Positions 1-14,000 of a DNA stretch of 64,000 nt are shown one piece after another. The first letter of the stretch is position 1; each line of letters opens with the position of its first letter. The translations under genes were made by a program, and so were the position numbers. Origin of the DNA: Octopus vulgaris (taxonomy: Eukaryota); contig OX597820.1 of the NCBI GenBank assembly GCA_951406725.2, positions 20,398,001 to 20,462,000 on the forward strand, written 5' to 3'. The notes under the pieces are model-generated. The model was not told the DNA's origin. It did no database searches and saw only the letters and a program-made list of their open reading frames with translations.

Positions 1-81
1 CAAAACATCCAGACATTTAGGTGATACAAAAAAGGGACAACAAAGCATCCAGATAGACGATACAAAGAAAACAAGGACGGA

Positions 82-163
82 TCATTCGGAGTTTCTTTCC
101 TCAGTCGAGTTCCAGATTATTTTTGCAATTTCGGCCGGTTATACACGAGATTGTTCCGATCTG
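82..163 (-). ncRNA. Truncated rearranged-hammerhead-like motif in a Penelope-like repeat fragment (homolog of 34828-34973)
   Basis: Minus strand reads CAA-UC-UCGUGU...CCGGCC-GAAA-UUGC...ACUCGA-CUGAGGA-AAGAAACUCCGAAUGA. Same strand order as the 34.8 kb motif; the 5' part is missing. Confidence 0.5.
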
Positions 164-239
164 TCTGAATGTTTTGCGTTCTTGTCCCATTTTGTATTTT
201 TTATATATAAAACATATAGCGGCGTACGTACACTTTGGC

Positions 240-343
<104 letters not shown>

Positions 344-927
344 ATTTATAGTTGACAATTAAAGGGGCATTTTCAGACCCCCAGTAACAAAGAGCCTAAG
401 GTTTTCTATTCCGTTCAGTCATGCATGACATTTGTTGATTAACCTGTCTGCATTTGGAATGTTCTTCAGCATGAAACCGTTCAGTAACATAAAATGGCTG
501 TCATGAAACTAGCTTTACAATGTTCCAGCTAAGCAGTCGTCTGAAAAGAGTGTAACTAATGAAAATGTGATTACAGGATGGTTAATAGTGGAGAAAGTAA
601 AATCAAATGACTTCAACTAAAAAATGAAATTGGAAACCCGACTGAGAGCTATGTGCCTCTGCTTCGTCGCCCCACTGAATTTACCCGGAGCAAAGTATAC
701 TGATTTATACGACAGGTAGCTAGTCTTGAATTTGGGGGAAATAGGCATTCCATTACAAAGACTCTAATGCTTGACTGATACTTTATTATATGGACACCGA
801 AAGAATGAAAAGCAAAGATGTCTTCAGGAAGATTTGAGCTCAGAAACGAAAGCATTCTAAATAAATAATACTCAGTAGTTTTTTTTTGTAATTATATAGT
901 TTTTAACCTCGAATAAGAATGAAAGTA

Positions 928-1493
928 TTGGGTTGTCCGGAAGGTTCGTGTCGATTTTTAAAGGAAAGAAAAAGGTCAATAAATACTTGCCATTACATTT
1001 TTAACCAACTAAATATGAACCATTTTGTTGCACAATGTGTGTCCATCTTTCCTTTAACTAGAAAATACCTTCTTCCCAGAATTGTGGTGGTTTCATGGCA
1101 AATAATTCATCAAGGTATCTTTTTACGTTATCCAAGGAATTGAAATTTTTACCATTAAGACTATTCCGCATAGACCTGAATAACTAGAAATCCGAAGGAG
1201 CAATATCTGGTGAATATGGAGGGTGAGGTAACACATCCCAGCCGAGCTGCAGCAATTTTTGTCTGGTTCCCGAAGCATCAAGTGCCGAAAATGAACTTTC
1301 TTATCTTCAATTTTAAAGGGTTACAAAATTAACACAGGTTATAGGAACATAAATCTTCTTCCACGAAAAGATAGTTTAAACTGTGCTCTAAATGGAAGTG
1401 TAGTCAAATCCTATTTTATGGACTCAACCATGTTCTAGAATAAGTTGAAAGATAAGCTACTATAAATCGGCACGAACTTTCCGGACAACCCAA
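928..1493 (-). mobile_element. Internally deleted mariner (Tc1/mariner) DNA transposon
   Basis: ~30 bp TIRs (TTGGGTTGTCCGGAAGGTTCGTGTCGATTT / AAATCGGCACGAACTTTCCGGACAACCCAA) flanked by TA on both sides. Minus-strand remnant LGWDVLPHPPYSPDIAPSDF* carries the mariner YSPDLAP motif with stops. Confidence 0.9.
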
Positions 1494-1985
1494 TATATAT
1501 GACTGCTTTCAGAATTTCCTTTATTAGTCTAGTAGAAAGAAGAGAGAGTAGAAACCGCGGCGTAATGCTTGCAACAAAGTGCAATCTGATAAGGTAGCAA
1601 AGGACATTGCTATATTAAACCAGACGACATTCTGACGATAGCCGCCATTCAGCGCCTTATGTTGGTTAATAGTCTTTATTATGAAAACGTTCTGTATCTG
1701 TCCCACGCAAATATATTTATAGTTGATATGATTTTAAATATTTTGTATTTAAATCTCGAAAAGGAACACAATCCAAAATGTGGTGTTCATGTCGGATGAT
1801 ATCGACGAAGACGGATTTTGTTTAATCCAGACAACATTTTAAAGACAATTTGGAGGTGGACGAAGAATTATATGAGGAAATTAATAACGCTAATTAATAA
1901 ATGATATGATATCCTCAATGACATTTTTCCGAACACAGACACACTGTCTGACAGAAAGAGACGGATAGGAAGATAAATAGCCTGA

Positions 1986-2047
<62 letters not shown>

Positions 2048-2227
2048 AGAAAGAGATAGAGAGGGGTGAAAGAGAGGAAGCACAGAAGGATACAGACAGA
2101 GCACTATTGAAGCAATTACTATATTGGTGATACGTGTACGAATTTTCAACACTCTTAACTACGTGATTGAAGAAAGGAGTAATTTCAAAAACATATATAA
2201 GAGGAAACTAGCTGTATATAACTTTAC

Positions 2228-2289
<62 letters not shown>

Positions 2290-2397
2290 ATATGTATAAT
2301 TTATAATATATATGTGAGCCTGTGTGTATGTATGTACATAGGCATTTATGTACATATGTAGGCGTACAATATACGCATACTTGAACATATGCGTGTG

Positions 2398-2475
<78 letters not shown>

Positions 2476-2946
2476 CGTGTGTGTGTGTGTAAAATAATGG
2501 AAATGTATTGGAGAACACTTTATTATTGAAGAAGAATACCACAGATTTAAAGATAGGCTCTTGGTTTAACCAACTTTGCAACAAACATCGATTCTCAACG
2601 GTAGCCATTTCATTTTACTTATGTAGTCAGTATCCTTGAAAAGACACCAAAGTCATAATATTGCACACACTCTTTCTATAAAAATGCAACACACACACGC
2701 ATATATATATAGTAGACTTCGAAGGACATTAAATGCCGAATTGCTGTGTTGTAGTTATTTTTATACCACTTATCTCGACCGATCAGACCTATAATATATA
2801 TATATATATATATAAAATCAAAATAAGCAACAAGATATCACCTTGTTATCCTGTTGCTTATTTTGATATAATTCACCTTACTCTGAGTTGTACGGACAAT
2901 ACCGGACTGACTTCGTGCTTCAACTTAAGTACCTAATTCAACTGAA

Positions 2947-2994
<48 letters not shown>

Positions 2995-3190
2995 GTATTC
3001 TTATTGGAGCAAGGCCATTTGGCAGCGGACATTTCTCGATGTCCTGAAGTTAGTGAACGTTACATTGGATAATGCATTTGCAACGTAACAGTCGACCGAA
3101 TCAGGGGTAGGAAGCTTGCTGCCCAACGCACAGAGCAATGCAGGAAATCCGAAAGCCTTCTCTCTCTCTCTCTCCCCCCCCCTCTCTCTC

Positions 3191-3228
<38 letters not shown>

Positions 3229-4711
3229 CATATATATACATATAACCAAATACATGCGTGTAGAAAAATGAAAATGATTGTTACATTAGATTCTACATCA
3301 TTTATCCATTGAACTAACAAGGGTTATAGAAAAGAAATTAATGGGAAGACTGCGACCCATAAAGTCTCCTGGCAATTGCTGAAGAGTGAGAAATAAGATG
3401 GGTTGACCATTTAACAAGACGCTAATATATCTTATCTCAAGTGGATACGACGATGCATAGAGAATTCTTCGATTAAAAGTGTTGTAGGAAACTGAAAGTA
3501 ATGGAGTAGCTGAGCAACGTTAAGGAATAGAAAGTAAGAAAGATGTCGGAAAATCTAAAATTGGCTGATAATGGGAAAACCGGTGGGATCACGGTTTTTT
3601 ATTGTTCTGCACCTCCGAGTTGTTTAAGCTACGAGTTCTTTAGGCTACGAGTTCTTTAGGCTAATTTGAAAACGTATCAAAATATTGATTCTCGTTTTAT
3701 CACCAAATTCAATAAATGTGTGACAGTTATTGAAGTAATTAGACTGGTCTTTGATTGTTAAAGAGATGTGCCGCATCATTTACTTAAGAAGGTTCAATGT
3801 GTAGATTCAAGAGGAATTGTATACGGCTTACTTCCAAACTGTTAGATCGTAACCTGCTTTTGTGTTGTAGATGTTATGTTACATGCGTAGACAGTGCACT
3901 AAATATCATTTTCCAAACGTTTCATACTTGCGGTTGAAGCAATCATCAAATTGGTTTATCTCACGCAAACACCGATGAGGGAGGAGCAAGTATTTTAGAA
4001 AAGAAAAAAAAGAGAAAAAAGAGTAAGAAAGAAAAAAGAAATAAGGAGACAGAGAAAGAAAGAAATGTAGAAAGAAGGAAGAAATATAACGTTTAAGGAA
4101 CATGCCACGTTCTTCGATTCCCCAGTGAAAGGGCATAGATAACGTGGTGTTTTGTATCTCATATTTTATAGTATCTCGACCTATTTCATAAATCATCTTT
4201 AATATTACTGTTATGACGATCCCCAAGTGTCACCCATATACTCCACGTATACCAATACAATACAATTGAATACGATAAACACATTGATAATGATAAATAC
4301 TTTAATGACCCTGAATGGCAGATTCTCGAATTTCTCTTTGGTTTGTAACTGAAACCTTGCACTTTTACAACAAATACGTTTTTCTTTTTTAAACAAAAAA
4401 TACTGTTGAAGTATATTAAGTCGTGTTAGATACTCTATTAGATTGATCTTGTATAATTATCGCTAATTAGAAAGTTGTGATTAGCCGTGTAGGGTTGCAG
4501 GCAGTGAGAAAATTATATTTGTGGTTTGTATGCTGTTATTGAAAACCCCAGGGCCTTAACTGGAGTCAAATAGCTCACTCTTACATTCGAAATTGGATGA
4601 AGGCGAATGCTCGAGGGCCAATCCAAAAGGAACCACATTGATCCGAAAGTTGGAAGTGATTTTCATTCATATTAGATGTGTGAGAGTGTGTGTATCTGTG
4701 TTTTATTACAT

Positions 4712-4873
4712 AGGCGCATACGTGGCTGTGTGATAAGAAGCTTGCTTCCTAGCTACATGGCTTCGGGTTCAGTCCCACAGCGGGGCACTTTAGGCAAATG
4801 TCTTCTACTATAGCTTCGGGCCGACCAAAGTCATGTGAGTGAATATGGTAGACGGAAACTGGGAGGAGACCGT

Positions 4874-4876
<3 letters not shown>
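4712..4876 (+). mobile_element. tRNA-derived SINE family A, 5' part
   Basis: GTGGCTGTGTGATAAG...GGGTTCAGTCCCAC A/B-box-like head; homologous to many copies in the window. Confidence 0.8.
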
Positions 4877-4928
<52 letters not shown>

Positions 4929-5266
4929 ACACAAACGCGCGCGCGCATATTTTAAGTGATTGATACTGCAGACGGAGTGCAACTGGAAGCTAAAGAAAGC
5001 TTTTAGTTACGCTCAGTCTTCCGTATTAGTCATTCAAAATATACTCAGAGTGCACCTAGGAATTCCTGATGCTGATTCAGTGAAGAAAGCGCAGAAACGT
5101 GGATGATACCCGATCACCATAAGTGGTGAACGTGTTCTGCAGGAACACTACTTGGAACTTATCCGAAACAAGGTTTGGATACCGCATTTTAATGTCTCCT
5201 TCCTAAACCTTAATTTTTCATTTTAAATTTAACTATATATATGTATATATATATATATATATATAT

Positions 5267-5636
5267 AGGCGTGGCTGTGTGGTAAGAAGCTTGCTTACCA
5301 ACCACATGGTTCCGGGTTCAGTCCCACTGCGTGGCACCTTTGGCAAGTGTCTTCTACTATAGCCTCAGGCCTACCAAAGCCTTGTGAGTGGATGTGTTAG
5401 ATGGAAACTGAAAGCCCATCGTATATATATATATATATACGTGTGTGTGTGTGTATGTGTATTTATGTGTCTATTTGTCCCCCACCATCGCTTGACAACC
5501 GATGTTGGTGTGTTTGCGTCTCCGTAACAAAGCAGTTCGGCAAAAGTCACCAATAGAGTAAGTACCGGGCTTCAATAAAAACTAGTGGGGTCGATTCATT
5601 CAACTAAAAATTCTTGAAGGTGGTGCTCCAGCATGT
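5267..5636 (+). mobile_element. tRNA-derived SINE family A
   Basis: Head GTGGCTGTGTGGTAAG...CCGGGTTCAGTCCCAC, internal TA/TG tract, and the GGTGCTCCAGCATG segment near the tail. Confidence 0.85.
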
Positions 5637-5931
5637 TCTAATGTAATCGACCAATCTCTTCCTTCGCAAATATCTGGCCTTACGTCAAGATTTGGAACGG
5701 CTCATATCGATTTTATTACTTCTTCCGTCACGTTTAAATTCTGATTTCAGATCTCACTAAAGTCAAACTCGCTTTGCACCATTCCGGGGTCGTTAAAATA
5801 AAGTGCCAGTCAAGCACTGGAATCGATTAAATCGACTAGGTCCCTTCCCGACCCCTATACAACAATCATTCCTCAGTCCCAAATTCTTACTCCTTATACC
5901 TATGGCAGGGAACATTCTGTACAGCAACAAC

Positions 5932-6340
5932 AGGAGGTGCAATGGCCCAGTTGTTAGGGCAGCAGACTCGCGGTCGGAGGATCGCGGTTTCGATTCCCAG
6001 AACGGGCGTTGTGTGTGTTTATTGAGCGAAAACACCCAAAGCTCCTCGAGGCTCCGGCCGGGGGTGGTGGCGACCCCTGTTGTACTCTTTCACCCCTACT
6101 TTCTCTCACTCTTTCTTCCTGTTTCTTGTCCCCGACTTCCTACGCGTCCCCGACTTCCTACGCAACCGCTGAGCCTGGATGCGCATTCATCCATCCGTCG
6201 ATGCTCTTAGTGTCGGGGGTTGACCTGCTTTCTCTCCTGCGGGTCTTACGAATAGCAAAGGACCACGTTTCGGACTTCTCCCATTCTGGGACGAAGACCG
6301 CTTCGCTCAACAAAACAAAAACAAAACAGCAACAACAATA
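5932..6340 (+). mobile_element. tRNA-derived SINE family C, A-rich (CAAAA/CAA) tail
   Basis: A-box TGGCCCAGTTGTTAG and B-box GGTTTCGATTCCC; head shared with the minus-strand copy at 24.86-25.17 kb. Confidence 0.75.
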
Positions 6341-6668
6341 TACTGTAATATATTTTATCTATCATCATACAAACCTCGGCCGATCAAAGTAGATTTCGAA
6401 GTCCCCGTGTTCAGTTTAGTCATATCATAGCAGAGAGAGAGGGAGAGAGAGAGAGAGAGAGGGGGGGAGGCTGTATGGAGCTTCTAATTAATGACACTGA
6501 CAAACATGCTGGTCATTATCAGATTCTTTATTTGTCAGGTCAACACAATATGTCTGAGTTAATTTGTTAGTCACGTTGGTATTTTTTTAAAGAGGAAATG
6601 ACTTACTGTAAGTACTTTAAACTTAGGGCATTCATAATGATGGTACCTTTAAAACGAATCAAAGAGGA

Positions 6669-6708
<40 letters not shown>

Positions 6709-6745
6709 GTGTGTGTGTGTGTTGTATGTATATACGCACACATAG

Positions 6746-6814
<69 letters not shown>

Positions 6815-7028
6815 TACATACATATAAATATATGCATACATACATATATACAGAGAGAGAGAGAAGGAGCGAGAGAGCGCGGGGGGGGGAGCACTTAATA
6901 GCTTTCAGGCACTTGTCTTAAATACTTGTCTAATTCCTTACAAGTTACTGACCAAAAGTTGAAAGACAAGACAAGAGGAAGTTCCTTCAATTTTTTATTA
7001 TTCTGGCAGAAATTCATAATAGTTCATT

Positions 7029-7242
7029 TCGGCGAGCTGGTGGAATAGTTATTGCGTCGAACAAAGTACTTAGCAGTACTTCTACCAGTTTTACTATACG
7101 AGTTCGAATACCGGCAAAGTCTACATTGCTTTTCACATTTCGGGGTCGATAAAAATGAATACCAGCCGAGCACCGGGATCGATGTAATTGACTTATCCCC
7201 TTCCCTCAAAATTGCTGGTCTTGTACCAAAATTTGAAACCAT
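7029..7242 (+). mobile_element. tRNA-derived SINE family B, diverged
   Basis: GGCGAGCTGG head, GAGTTCGAATACC B-box, central TTTCGGGGTCGATAAAA domain. Confidence 0.75.
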
Positions 7243-7474
7243 TGTTAACAGGTCCTTCATATTGGGCATTCGTTCATATATAATTTAGTCCCTGTTGGTT
7301 TAATCTATATGAAGATGAGCTTACGCAATATAAAGTATGCTTTCAAGCGAATTCACATATATTGATATACGATGAGAACACGAAAGAAAATACAGTTCAA
7401 TATTTAAGAAACCAATTCACCTGGTTGTTGTTCATACACCTGTCTTCATCTTTTGCTTTTCTATAAATTTCAAC

Positions 7475-7554
<80 letters not shown>

Positions 7555-7570
7555 CATACATATATATATA

Positions 7571-7639
<69 letters not shown>

Positions 7640-7649
7640 CTATACATAC

Positions 7650-7680
<31 letters not shown>

Positions 7681-7706
7681 CATGTATATATATATAATAT
7701 ATATAC

Positions 7707-7767
<61 letters not shown>

Positions 7768-7808
7768 CATATATATACATACATACATACATATATACAT
7801 ATATATAC

Positions 7809-7864
<56 letters not shown>
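7475..7864. repeat. (TA)n/(TACA)n compound microsatellite
   Basis: Directly visible. Confidence 0.95.
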
Positions 7865-8135
7865 GAGAAATTTGGTGTGTGAAAGCACGTGGTTGGATAT
7901 ATAGAAAATAGAAAAGAGTGAAAAAACTACACTGCATAACGAAGACATGACACGATGTAGGTAAAGTCATTTGAGAAATTTGAAAAGTTAACACGAAACC
8001 GGTAATTTCTCCAAAAACTATGTTACTATATGCAAAATTTTCTAACATTTTTCTTACATAACTACTTAAATATATTCTTTAACCTTATAAAACAAGCCTT
8101 CTGTAGATTTTTCACTCTTTTCTATTTTCTCTCTA
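7865..8135 (+). mobile_element. Microsatellite-flanked Penelope-like/retrozyme-like fragment with an inverted repeat and a decayed minimal hammerhead
   Basis: 28/29 bp inverted repeat (7903-7931 vs 8102-8130). Inside, GAGAAAT-TTGAAAA-GTTAACAC-GAAA-CCGG-TA-ATTTCTC (7973-8011); the CUGANGA box has 2 mismatches. Confidence 0.45.
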
Positions 8136-8151
8136 TATATATCTATATCTA

Positions 8152-8184
<33 letters not shown>

Positions 8185-8189
8185 GTCTG

Positions 8190-8305
<116 letters not shown>

Positions 8306-9815
8306 CATATATATATGTATATTTGTATACATATATATATGTATATATATGTGCGTGTGAGTGTGTGTGTGCGTGTATACACTCACACACAAATGTATAT
8401 ATTTTTATTTGACTCTCAAAGTGGTTTGGCTAAAGCAGGATTGGGCATGGCTGTTTTGATAGATGTGAAATTCTCCAAATCAGGATTCCTGGCAAGACAA
8501 CATTAGTCTGGTCAGTTCTTCTATTATATATGATTTATTACATAGATATGTTAACGTTCTAGAAGACGCATATATCACGCTAAAGCTTTTTCCATTGAAT
8601 AGTGGATACACATTAACACTTTACCAGAATCAAATATTGTCACTAGCTAGTGAAACCCACTGAAAATGAATAAATCATTCTGTACATTTTAAAACTTTCT
8701 TTACTAGTTTCAGCATTTGTTTGGGGATCATACCAGATCATCCCGTTCAGAGAATTAGTTGATTAAAAAGAATCCAGTAATTATATGGAGATGTGGCACG
8801 GAATTTTGCCTGAGAACAGGTCGCGGTTTCAAAGCGACCAAAATATTTTCACAAAGTAAATTTAAATGTTGAAGTGAATCCAACGGCTTTTGTGTGTTTT
8901 TAAATGGCTTATAAACACCTTCCACGCTGCAGTTGTTTTTGTTTCAGCACACGATCTCAGATCAAGTCACTTGCTATGCAAGTACATCTCAGTGATTATA
9001 TGGTTTTTATTTTATAAAATCCATAGTAAATGTAAGAGAATGTAGGCCTGTGCAAGATTTGAACTTAGAACTTAAAATTAATAGGAAAAAAATAATAAAA
9101 TAAAAATTTAAATGGTGGTGCCCCAGCATGGTCACAGCTCGTGAGCTGAAACTAGATAAAATAAAATAAATAAATAAATGAAATAAGTGGAAATTTTACC
9201 GGTGAGTGTGTTACATTATAAGGCACAAAAAGAAAATGACTCTCCCCAGACACAACAGAATATGCTTCAACACACGAACTCACATAAAGAATCTTGCAAA
9301 CCAAATCCCAAAACGAAACTAAAATTAATCAATTACCACAAAATGTTTTTGTCAGATACTCTACTGATTATATCAACTAGCGATTCTATAATAGTAGTTG
9401 TTTTGCATCTTAGCTTCATCCGTTATATTCAGTCCAATGAAAACTTCTTCCCTTCCCGCTATTTATATATATGAAAAGCTGGTGAGAAGAAGAGAGACGA
9501 TGCCCATAACTCTGTAAAGAGCTATGGGCACTATCATCCACGCTGCCTAAAAGATTCTAAAAATTTCTGGGAATTAAAGAGGTGGAAAATTCGGATTACA
9601 TTCAATTTTTATACCAGCGATAGATATAAACGTCTGCAAGAAAATACTATTATCGGTGCTTTCGATTAAAAACACTTGTGTGGTATGCGTTCCATCGAAA
9701 TAGATACTCTCATGTCACTCTAACAGTCGGAAACGCAGTAAACCAGTATTGGTATAAGCACAGCCTGTTAGAAACATGTAAGCAACGGCGCTGTTATTCA
9801 TCAGATGCTGTATAA

Positions 9816-10305
9816 TCTTTATATATAAAAGTAAGGTTGTGTGTCTGTCTACTCCGATTTAGATTCCTAACTACTCCCACATTTTGCGGTGCAGTTTAAC
9901 CAAAACCGGGTATCTTATAGTCGTGATTCATATCGAGCCCTTCTGAGTATTAGCGCGCGTCTACGATAAGTCTACGATTTTAAAAATAATTTGCCATCAT
10001 TTTTTTCCATTTTAATGCATATTTTTTTTAATATAAGGGAAGTAACTCTCTAAAAATGTCTACGATGAGTCAACGATTTAAAAAAAATTATCATCATTTT
10101 TTTCCATTTTAATGCATTTTTTTTGCTATTATATAAGGGAAGTAACTCTCTAAAAATGTCTACGATGAGCCAACGATAAAAATTTACCATAATTTTTTTT
10201 CCATTTTTAATGCATTTTTTTGCTACTTTTTGACTATAACTCTCTAAAAATGCTTATATAGTTATTTCCCTTACAAACCCGAGCAACGCCGAGCGATACT
10301 GCTAG
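9816..10305 (+). mobile_element. Non-autonomous Helitron (~490 bp)
   Basis: A|TC 5' end, subterminal hairpin-like CCCGAGCAACGCCGAG, CTAG|T 3' end, internal ~85-90 bp tandem repeats. The 3' end closely matches the large Helitron's. Confidence 0.85.
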
Positions 10306-10515
10306 TATAGTATAGAAATTAACTGTGCATTTACGCTGATGAAAGATATTACATGAGAGCATCGTTTAGTTATCCTGAGGAGCAAGTACAGGAGTACAGA
10401 ATACGCTCAATACTTTTCGTGCAAAATGTTTATGTAGAAAATCCAATTCAATCACGATGATCCCGTCTGTCAAATAGTAAAAAATACCTGACAGTACACA
10501 CATGTTGAAACCCTA

Positions 10516-10735
10516 CGACAGGTGCTGAAAAGTTCTTGGGTAAAACGGGTAAAAGAAAATACAGGAGGATCACTTAATTATGATTTTATTCAACATATTT
10601 CTCTCTCTGATTTACACACTTACTGCTGAGGTCCTTCAGTTTTTCTAAGCCCAGTAAAAGAACTAAGAATGTTGGGCCTCCAGCGAGAGGCCTTTTGCGA
10701 TACCCTTAAAACCAGGAACTTTTCAGCACACCTCA
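10516..10735. mobile_element. Mariner-type MITE (~220 bp)
   Basis: Imperfect TIRs (GGTGCTGAAAAGTTC / GAACTTTTCAGCAC) with TA flanks; second copy at 17263-17473. Confidence 0.7.
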
Positions 10736-10967
10736 TATATATATATATATATACATACATACATATATTTACTTATATATATATACATATACATATATAC
10801 ATACATACATACATATATTTACTTATATATATATATACATATACATATATATATTTACTTATATACATATACATATATATATTTACTTATATACATATAC
10901 ATATACATATATATATTTACTTATATACATATACATATACATATCTATATCTATATCTATATATCTA

Positions 10968-11051
<84 letters not shown>

Positions 11052-11052
<1 letters not shown>

Positions 11053-14000
11053 TAGCAGCATAGCCCGGCGTTGCCCGGGTCTGTAAGAGCCCCTAGTAGG
11101 CAACGACTAATCCCAATGTAGTCCTTTCCCTCCAGGTAACGAAGGTGCATGTGGACGTTGCAATGTCTTGTCTTCACTGGAATACTTCTGTATATACGAT
11201 GTTCCTAGCTGTCCGTTTGGGCGAAAACATGAAAACATCATTGCGCCTCCCAACGCGTGAACAGCCCACGTAGAGTTGACCGTGGGCGAAGCACTGTTCG
11301 CCCAAATGTAACCCAGCGACTTGTAGCGTTTGGCCTTGGGATTTATTGATGGACATTGCGAAGTAGAGTTTAACAGGAAACTGAGAACGCCTGAAGTGGA
11401 TTGGTAGGTCAGCGCCCGACGGTTGAAGGTGCATCCGTGGAATGAAGACGTCCTCTCCCTTCCCACAACCGGTAAGTATTGTGGCCGTTATTAAATGTGG
11501 TGCCAAATGTTTCACAACCAAACGTGTGCCGTTGCACTGTTTAGGTGGAACCAAATTCCTGATGAGCATAATGGGCGCACCGACTTTTAACTTCAGGATG
11601 TGTGGTGGCAGGCCTGGCGGTTCAAGTGAATTCAGGAATTCAACAGGATAATCGGCAAGCTGGGCGGGGTCTGCTGTCCTATCTATAGATTTGTAGACGT
11701 GGACATCACCAGGAATAGCTTCAAGTAGCTGGATATTGATGGAGTTGACGGTTGTATTTTTGGGTGCGAGAATAGCTCTGCCTGCCAGCCATTTTAGGTC
11801 GCGTAAATTGTTTTGTAGGTCGTGGAAGACAGCGTCCCGGAGGATAGCAGGGGTGTCGACAATGGTGCAAAGTGAGTCCAATTGAACGTAGCCATCCGCA
11901 TCAGACAGCATCCTATTTTCACCGAGCGATAAGAGGTCCCTGGAGAATGCAGCGGATCCGCTGTCACCAATTAACTGCGCGCACATGTTAGCTTGGAGGT
12001 GCAAGGGCCGCACATGTGCCCAAAGAGCTGACGACTTAAGGCACGCGCGCACGGCATCGGCACGGGTTCCTTTTGGAATAACAGGTAGAGTCTGCCTGAA
12101 GTCTCCTGAAAGAAGTAAAGTTAATCCTCCCATGGGGGCCGTAGAGTCTCTGATGTCTTGCAGGGACCTGTCCAGTGCCTCAAGGGCGCCTTTGTTTGCC
12201 ATAGTGCACTCGTCCCATACGATGAGTTTGCATCTGCGCAGAATGTCGGCCTGTTCTGAGTTCTTGGCGATGTTGCAGATAGGTGACTCGGACTTTGCCA
12301 GATCGAGCGGGAGTCTGAAGGCAGAGTGGGCGGTTCTGCCACCCGGAAGCAACGTGGCCGCGATACCAGAGGAAGCTACAGCCAGGGCAATGTCCGTGTT
12401 GTGTCTGACCTCTGCCAGAATTAGTTTAGTGACGAAGGTTTTGCCAGTGCCGCCGGGTGCATCAAGGAAGAAAATCCCCCCACGTTGCTGTCTGACAGAG
12501 TCTACGATGGTGTTGTAGGCTATGCGCTGGTCTGGAAGCAGCCGTGGTTCATTATCTTGGACGTACTGGTGCAGTTCCTCAATGCAGTAGGAAGTTTCGC
12601 GTAACAATTCAACAGACATAACATTGGCGTGTTCACGTGTGGGTGGTGGAAGGCCGTACTCTGTTAAAGCAGACCCACCCATATCGATGACAGCGTCTTC
12701 GAGTTGAATGAGCGCAAAATTGTAAATGAAGTTGGTGAACGTGATCTCGGCGGAAGGGCAGTGTTGCTGAGCCGTACGTAAGAAGTCGTGCGACATGTCA
12801 TCCCTGTATTTCATCCAGAGACTTAGTGGATCACTAAGCTGACATTTTTGAAGAAGGATTGCGAAAAGATGTCGTAGGGCCGAATGCGTTTGCAGTAAAG
12901 CACCCTCTGCCATCGTGGCGTCCCACTGGGAGTCATCCTCTAGAAGGCCAAGTCTCATACATGCTTCCCTGAAGGTGTCGCACAGAACCCCATTGACGGT
13001 ACGTATATTGGCGAAACCTGTTGGACCAGTGACCTCATGTAGAAGGAGACGGAGGTAGAAGCATTCTTGTTGGTTTGGCGGGATGTTGTAAACTCGACCC
13101 AGGCAGGAGTCAAACTTGACGCCTGGGAAGCTTTCGACGTTTTTGCCGGATTTCCGTCGAACCCAGGTGTTTTTAGACCACACGAAGTACGATGGGACCT
13201 GTGGGTACAAAAGCGTTCGAGCGAAGTCATCACGTTGGCATAATTTGAAGAAACCAGTCAACGTTGTGTCTTTAGGGCTGGTGGCTATCTGCACAGCACT
13301 TTGCTCTGTGAAGTAAATCCGCTGTCCATTTTCCAAGTGTACAGCAAGCTGCACCACAGCCGGGTGTCTCTGATGGAGCGGGAAGCCGTAAATGCGCCAA
13401 AACGCTTCGTTGCTGCTGAGGTACCGGCCAGCCAAGTAGTTGGACACTTCGTCGCGACTGGTGGTCCTCTGGATGCTGAACATGGCAGCATCGCTGCCTT
13501 TGTTGATATATTTGCAGACATATTGTATTGACCTGATGGAGCTGCAGAACTCAACGTTGACGTGGGCTTTGAATATCTTCGACAGGAGAGGACAGTAGGG
13601 GACAATGTAGCTGTTGTCCACTTGATGTCGCCCAACCGTAATCGTGCGGCCTCCATTGGCTGGACTCCTTCGTTTGTACAGCGGATACCCATCGCCGCCT
13701 GTTTGAGTCTCCAAAGTGAACCGTTTAGGGAATCCCTTTGAGCAGGCTAATCCGTTTTTGTAGCATGGTGTGTTGGCGTAATTTGGTCCACAGGGCCCGT
13801 GTACCATGGTAGTGCGGACAATTTCGTAGAGTCCGGGGTCCTCATCGGGGTCAGGAATCTCGGCGGAAATGAATTTGTCAATGTCATTAGTCTCGATTTT
13901 ATGAGTGAGCCAAATTAAGATGTGAGCATGTGGCAAGCCCCTCTTTTGCCACTCGACCGAAAACATGTGGCACCTGACATGCCCGAAAATCTGACCCTTA

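Noticed and set aside
5932-6010. Functional tRNA gene
   Set aside because: A/B boxes are present but the sequence continues into a SINE body shared with another copy; no clean cloverleaf.
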